Notes under the pieces: model-generated
Database searches by the model: none
What the model was told of the DNA's origin: nothing
Seen by the model: the letters and a program-made list of their open reading frames with translations, nothing else
Shown: positions 59,331 through 64,000 of the stretch, one piece after another
How the letters are laid out: each line of letters starts with the position of its first letter
Position numbering within the stretch: the first letter of the stretch is position 1
Assembly: GCA_965249625.1 (NCBI GenBank)
Contig: OZ252246.1
Span: forward strand, 1,415,085 to 1,479,084
DNA from: Nitrospinales bacterium
GTDB lineage: Bacteria > Nitrospinota > Nitrospinia > Nitrospinales > VA-1
Direction of reading: 5' to 3'
DNA: 64,000 bases
Made by a program: the position numbers and the translations under genes

Positions 59331-59545
59331 AATATTTAATTGTAATTGAAGAAACTAAAACAGGGTTTTCTGCTTATTCTCCAGATGTAGATGGTTGTGT
59401 CGCCACAGGCAAAACCAAGCAAGATGTTGAACAAAATATGCAGGAAGCAATGAAGTTCCATTTAGAGGGGTTATTGATGGAAAATCAGACAATCCCACAT
59501 TCACATACTTATTCAAATTATATAGAAGTGGAGGCAACAGCATAA
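59327..59545 (+). CDS. hicB: HicB-family antitoxin (UPF0150)
   Basis: MKYLIVIEETKTGFSAYSPDVDGCVATGKTKQDVEQNMQEAMKFHLEG. Overlaps the hicA stop by 4 nt. Confidence 0.85.
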   Translation: MKYLIVIEETKTGFSAYSPDVDGCVATGKTKQDVEQNMQEAMKFHLEGLLMENQTIPHSHTYSNYIEVEATA

Positions 59546-59610
59546 CAAAGCACTCCAGCGAACAGCTACGCCGTTGCTGAGTTTGGTCGTTATGTGACCA
59601 GGGAGACCAG

Positions 59611-59851
59611 ATGAGTCCTACAGTGTTCCGTGAAGGCGGATACAGGTTTTTCTTTTTCTCAAGAAGAGGAAGACAGACTGCATGTTCATGTTATCTCTGG
59701 AGAGGGGGAAGCTAAATTTTGGCTTGAACCAGATATAGAACTTGCGAAGAATTATCACTATTCCAGAAAACAACTTAAAGATATCGAACAACTCATTGAG
59801 GAACATAAAAACGAGATCGTCAGCGCATGGCAAGAATACTTCGGAAGCTGA
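59611..59851 (+). pseudogene. DUF4160-family protein, frameshifted
   Basis: MSPTVFREGGYRFFFFS, then a frame change in the T-rich stretch 59647-59665, then EEEDRLHVHVISGEGEAKFWLEPDIELAKNY... Confidence 0.7.
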
Positions 59852-59856
59852 AGTAA

Positions 59857-60083
59857 CCCATATTTCTCCGTATGGAGTCTGGCTTCTTTCATCGAGTGGC
59901 AAAGAGCTGTTTATGTCCTATGATGATTTCCCCTGGTTTAAGGATCAGCCGGTAAAGGTCATCTACAACGTAGAAGAGCCGACTACAGGTCATTTCTACT
60001 GGCCGGATATTGATATAGACCTTAGTGAAAATATCATAGAAAATCCTCATCACTACCCATGTAAAGCATCACCCAAAACTTAA
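59857..60083 (+). CDS. DUF2442-family protein (no canonical start codon visible)
   Basis: VTHISPYGVWLLSSSGKELFMSYDDFPWFKDQPVKVIYNVEE...HFYWPDIDIDL. It is the usual partner of DUF4160. Confidence 0.6.
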
Positions 60084-60156
60084 ACCCAATCGGACGCATG
60101 AATGCGCCGCTGCTTTGCGCCATTAGAGCCAAATATTAACATTGGGAGAAAAATAT

Positions 60157-60381
60157 ATGACATTGAAAGAAATTGAAGATGATGCTTTACATCTACCTGA
60201 ACATGAAAGAACAGAACTCGCGCAGAAACTTCTGCTGAGCCTTGATGTGCCAGGGATGGAAGAAATGCAAAAAGATTGGTTAGTTGAAGCCAGCCGTAGA
60301 GCTAAAGATCTTGATTAAGGCATTGTGCGGCCGATACCTGAAGAAGAAGTCCGATTAAAAGCCCAAGCCTTGCTCGGGTGA
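60157..60381 (+). pseudogene. addiction-module antitoxin (TIGR02574-like) with an in-frame TAA
   Basis: MTLKEIEDDALHLPEHERTELAQKLLLSLD...DWLVEASRRAKDLD, TAA at 60316-60318, then GIVRPIPEEEVRLKAQALLG. The conserved tail continues in frame. Confidence 0.65.
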
Positions 60382-60670
60382 AGAACTTCTTTCACCCTGT
60401 AGCAGAAGCTGAGTGCCTTGAATCCGTTGCATATTTTGAGTCAAAACGACCCGGGCTTGGTGCTTCATACCTGTTTGAATTTGAAAGCATCATGGATTCT
60501 GTCTGTGATTCGCCACATAGATACCCGATTGAAAAACAGCCTGATGTTCGGCGAATCCGAATGAATAAGTTTCCTTCTCTATCCCGTTTCGCGAATCCTC
60601 GGACACCGTTCACGTATTGGCCGTTGCTCACAACAGGCATCGTCCGCAATGCTGGCTGGGCAGGCTCTAA
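60378..60670 (+). pseudogene. ParE/RelE-family toxin, frameshifted
   Basis: KNFFHPVAEAECLESVAYFESKRPGLGASYLFEFES...RRIRMNKFP, then a frame change near 60567-60580. The canonical FSIPFRESSDTVHVLAVAHNRHRP tail ends at the TAA at 60668-60670. Confidence 0.7.
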
Positions 60671-60694
60671 CAACAGTTGATAACCTGATTTAAG

Positions 60695-63600
60695 ATGACC
60701 AAAATCACCGAATCCGACCTCGAAAACGTTGCCATCGCCCTGCTTGAAAAGCAGGGTTACACCTGTTTATCAGCCGATCAACAAGGTAGAGAAAATCTGG
60801 CTGATGTTGTTTTGCTCGGCCGCCTGAGAACCGCGATTGATAAACTCAACCCCGATATCCCCACAAACGCAAAACAACACGCATTGCGGGAAGTTTTGGA
60901 TTTACCCGGTCAAAGTCTGATTGAGAGCAACGAGGCATTTCATACTATGCTGACTGATGGCGTGGGTGTGGAATATCAAAAAAACGGTGACACGGTCGGC
61001 GGTACAGTTCGGTTGGTTGATTTTGAAAATCCCTTCAATAACGATTTGTTGGTTTGTAATCAATTTACTGTTACCGGGAATAATATCACCAAACGGCCTG
61101 ATATTGTGCTTTTGGTCAATGGCTTGCCTGTGGTGGTGATGGAGCTTAAAAATCCAGTGGATGAAAACGCCACGGTTAAAAAAGCCTTCACCCAACTACA
61201 AAATTATAAAACCGGGATTCCTGCTTTGTTTTGTTACAACGGCGTTTTGGTCGCTGCGGATGGGCTGGACGCAAAAATGGGTTCGCTGACTGCTGGCTGG
61301 ACGCGGTTTATTGCCTGGAAAACTGTTGACGGCATCAAAGAAGACCCACGCACCACGCCGCAAATAGAAACTCTGATCAAAGGTATGCTGCGTCCCGATG
61401 TGCTGCTTGATCTGATCAAACAATTTTCCGTGTTTGAGAAAATCAGCAGCGAAGATGTAGAAAGCGGATTGACCCGCGTTGAAACGATCAAAAAAATTGC
61501 CGCCTATCATCAATACTACGCCGTCAACAAGGCAGTGGAATCCACGATCCGCGCCATCGCCGAAACGACACCAACAGACAGGGTGAGCAAAGAACCGGCC
61601 CGGTATGGTCTGCCAGCAGTTGACAGTCAGCCAGAAGGCGATAGAAAAGCAGGTATTGTCTGGCATACGCAAGGCAGCGGGAAATCACTTTCGATGGTTT
61701 TTTATGCGGGAAAATTGATTGTCAATGAACAATTAGGCAATCCGACCATCGTGGTTATTACCGACCGCAACGATCTTGATGATCAGTTATTTGATACATT
61801 CGCCAGCAGCAAACAATTATTACGGCAAACACCAGTGCAGGCAAACAATCGCTCGCACTTGAAAACACTTTTGAAGACCGCAGGCGGCGGCATTGTGTTT
61901 ACCACTATTCAGAAATTTTCACCTGACCTGCCTGAGAAATCGCAGGCAGATAAGCCATCGGCAGGAGATACAAGCGAAAATTTTGAATTACTTTCTGAGC
62001 GAAGAAATATCGTTGTCATTGCTGACGAAGCGCACCGTTCTCAATACGGTTTTGGCGCAAAGACTTTAGTGAAAAATGGCGAGGTATTTACAAAATACGG
62101 TTTTGCAAAATATTTAAGAGACGCTCTGCCCAATGCTTCCTTTGTTGGTTTTACCGGAACACCGATTGAAAAAGAAGACGCTTCAACGCCTGCCGTTTTT
62201 GGCAACTATATTGATGTTTACGATATTGAACAAGCAGTGCAAGACGGCGCGACAGTGCGTATTTATTATGAATCGCGCCTCGTTAAAGTGCATCTGAAAA
62301 AGGAAGACAAGGAAAAGCTGGATGCTGAAGTTGAGCGGATAACCAAAAACGCAGAACCGACTGCCAAAGAAAAGGCAAAATGGACGCAACTTGAGGCAAT
62401 CGTCGGGCATAAAGACCGCCTGAAAACGGTTGCCCGGGATATTACCCGCCATTTTGAGGCGCGGCGCGAAGCTTTTGCAGGCAAAGGCATGATTGTCTGC
62501 ATGAGCCGCCGTATCGCCGTTGAGTTATATGCGGAAATTATCAAACTGCGTCCCGATTGGCACAACGATGGCAAAAACAAAGGCGCAATAAAGGTGATTA
62601 TGACTTCCAGCGCAAGCGACCCGCAAAGCTGGCAAGCGCACAGCACTAACAAGCAGGACAGAAAAGAACTTGGCGAAAGATTCAAAAACCCGGGCGACCC
62701 CTTGCAACTGGTCATCGTGCGCGATATGTGGCTGACCGGCTTTGACGCGCCATGTTTGCATACCATGTATATTGACAAATCCATGAACGGACACAACCTC
62801 ATGCAGGCAATTTCCCGCGTCAACCGGGTTTATAAGGACAAGACCGGCGGGTTGATCGTTGACTATATCGGCATTGCCTCAGACTTAAAACAAGCACTCA
62901 ATACCTATACCGAAAGCGGCGGACGAGGCGCGCCTGTGCTCAACCAATCAGAAGCCATTGCGGCAATGATGGAAAAATACGAAATCGTTGTACAAATGTT
63001 TCATGGCTTTGACTATAAACGCTATTTTTGTGCCGATACCAAAGCGAAGATGACCATTATCCTGGAAGCGCAAGAGCATATTCTGGGTTTACAAGACGGC
63101 AAAAACAGATTCGCAAAACAAGTGGTTTTACTGGGAAAAACATTTGCGCTTTCTGTGCCTGCGCTTGCGGCACTGAACATTAAAGACGAATTGGGATTTT
63201 TTCAGGCGGTCAAAACGCGATTGACGAAATTCGAACCAAACGGAAGTGGAAAAAGTGATGCCGAAATAGAAACCGCCGTGCGGCAGATTGTTGATCAGGC
63301 CATCGTTGTTGACGGTGTTATTGATATTTTTGACGCAGCGGGCATCAAAAAACCGGACATCTCTATTCTTTCCGATGAGTTTCTGGAGGAAATACGCAAT
63401 ATGAAACAAAAAAATCTGGCCCTTGAACTGCTCAAGAAAATTCTCGGTGATGAAATAAAAATCAAGACAAAAAAGAATTTTATTCAGAGCAAAAAACTTT
63501 CCGATATGCTGGCTGTCGCGATTAAAAAATATCACAATAATTTATTGACAACAACGCAGGTTATTGATGAGTTGATCAACATTGCCAAAGAAATAAAAGC

Positions 63601-63925
63601 AGCCGATGAGCGTGGCGAAGATTTGGGATTAACCGAGGACGAGATCGCTTTCTATGATGCTTTGGCGGTGAACAAAAACGCACAAGAAGTGCTCGGCGAT
63701 GATACTTTGCGGGAACTTGCCAGAATATTGGTAGAACAAGTCAAAGCCAACACCAGCATTGACTGGACCATAAAAGAAAGCGTACAGGCAAGACTGCGCG
63801 TTATCGTCAAAAGAATTTTACGCGAATACGGCTATCCTCCTGATCAGCAAACACTGGCAACAAAAAATATTTTGCAACAAGCGGAACTTTTTGCCGATGA
63901 GTGGAGTTTACAGCCCGCCAGATAG
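60695..63925 (+). CDS. hsdR: type I restriction enzyme R subunit
   Basis: N-terminal PD-(D/E)xK ([19 protein letters not shown]), SF2 motifs GSGKS and DEAHRSQ, and a C-terminal helical domain. Confidence 0.96.
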   Translation: MTKITESDLENVAIALLEKQGYTCLSADQQGRENLADVVLLGRLRTAIDKLNPDIPTNAKQHALREVLDLPGQSLIESNEAFHTMLTDGVGVEYQKNGDTVGGTVRLVDFENPFNNDLLVCNQFTVTGNNITKRPDIVLLVNGLPVVVMELKNPVDENATVKKAFTQLQNYKTGIPALFCYNGVLVAADGLDAKMGSLTAGWTRFIAWKTVDGIKEDPRTTPQIETLIKGMLRPDVLLDLIKQFSVFEKISSEDVESGLTRVETIKKIAAYHQYYAVNKAVESTIRAIAETTPTDRVSKEPARYGLPAVDSQPEGDRKAGIVWHTQGSGKSLSMVFYAGKLIVNEQLGNPTIVVITDRNDLDDQLFDTFASSKQLLRQTPVQANNRSHLKTLLKTAGGGIVFTTIQKFSPDLPEKSQADKPSAGDTSENFELLSERRNIVVIADEAHRSQYGFGAKTLVKNGEVFTKYGFAKYLRDALPNASFVGFTGTPIEKEDASTPAVFGNYIDVYDIEQAVQDGATVRIYYESRLVKVHLKKEDKEKLDAEVERITKNAEPTAKEKAKWTQLEAIVGHKDRLKTVARDITRHFEARREAFAGKGMIVCMSRRIAVELYAEIIKLRPDWHNDGKNKGAIKVIMTSSASDPQSWQAHSTNKQDRKELGERFKNPGDPLQLVIVRDMWLTGFDAPCLHTMYIDKSMNGHNLMQAISRVNRVYKDKTGGLIVDYIGIASDLKQALNTYTESGGRGAPVLNQSEAIAAMMEKYEIVVQMFHGFDYKRYFCADTKAKMTIILEAQEHILGLQDGKNRFAKQVVLLGKTFALSVPALAALNIKDELGFFQAVKTRLTKFEPNGSGKSDAEIETAVRQIVDQAIVVDGVIDIFDAAGIKKPDISILSDEFLEEIRNMKQKNLALELLKKILGDEIKIKTKKNFIQSKKLSDMLAVAIKKYHNNLLTTTQVIDELINIAKEIKAADERGEDLGLTEDEIAFYDALAVNKNAQEVLGDDTLRELARILVEQVKANTSIDWTIKESVQARLRVIVKRILREYGYPPDQQTLATKNILQQAELFADEWSLQPAR

Positions 63926-63938
63926 GTGTAAGGGGATT

Positions 63939-64000
63939 ATGAAAGTTATAAGAAATAGACTTCAGAATCAGAACAGCGAAATAACGGATCATTTTTTAAG
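63939..64000 (+). CDS. start of an unidentified ORF (runs off the window)
   Basis: ATG 14 nt after the hsdR stop, MKVIRNRLQNQNSEITDHFL.. Too short to call. Confidence 0.25.
   Translation, partial: MKVIRNRLQNQNSEITDHFL

Overview
This is a 64-kb chromosomal window from a diderm (Gram-negative type) bacterium. I cannot assign a taxon from sequence alone. Most of it is housekeeping. The recognisable blocks are nnr-tsaE, lptC-lptA-lptB-rpoN-hpf-ptsN-EI, metK, tig, ispG, a yejABEF-like peptide ABC importer, msrAB, lipA, an lptF/G-type permease, pyrG-kdsB, a YbgF/CpoB-like TPR lipoprotein, cysteine desulfurase-cysE, scpA, rsmE and rarA. Three things stand out against this background. (1) There is a family of MITE-like elements with 16-bp terminal inverted repeats (GAGA[C/G]CTTTGC[A/G]TAA.) and 9-bp target duplications. 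Their ends match those of a full-length IS5-family element at 26598-27770. They are mixed with thickets of modular hairpin repeats (gtcattctgaa...gaagaatctc type). (2) Accessory genes are unusually often decayed: higB, a GIY-YIG gene, a Gfo/Idh/MocA gene, an MBL hydrolase, a CBS-pair gene, serB-like, DUF4160, a ParE/RelE pair and signalling-domain fragments. Several of the frameshifts lie in homopolymer runs, so sequencing error must be excluded. (3) A defence island occupies 52-64 kb. It is a type I R-M operon (hsdM, hsdS, hsdR) that has been invaded. A HEPN/MNT pair sits between hsdM and hsdS. About 5 kb of AT-rich cargo sits between hsdS and hsdR. That cargo holds a cytosine-5 methyltransferase translationally coupled to a MORC-like GHKL ATPase with an uncharacterised Rx6H C-terminal domain, plus three toxin-antitoxin-type pairs. 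The methyltransferase-GHKL pair is my best candidate for an undescribed system. I found no rRNA, tRNA or CRISPR array by eye.
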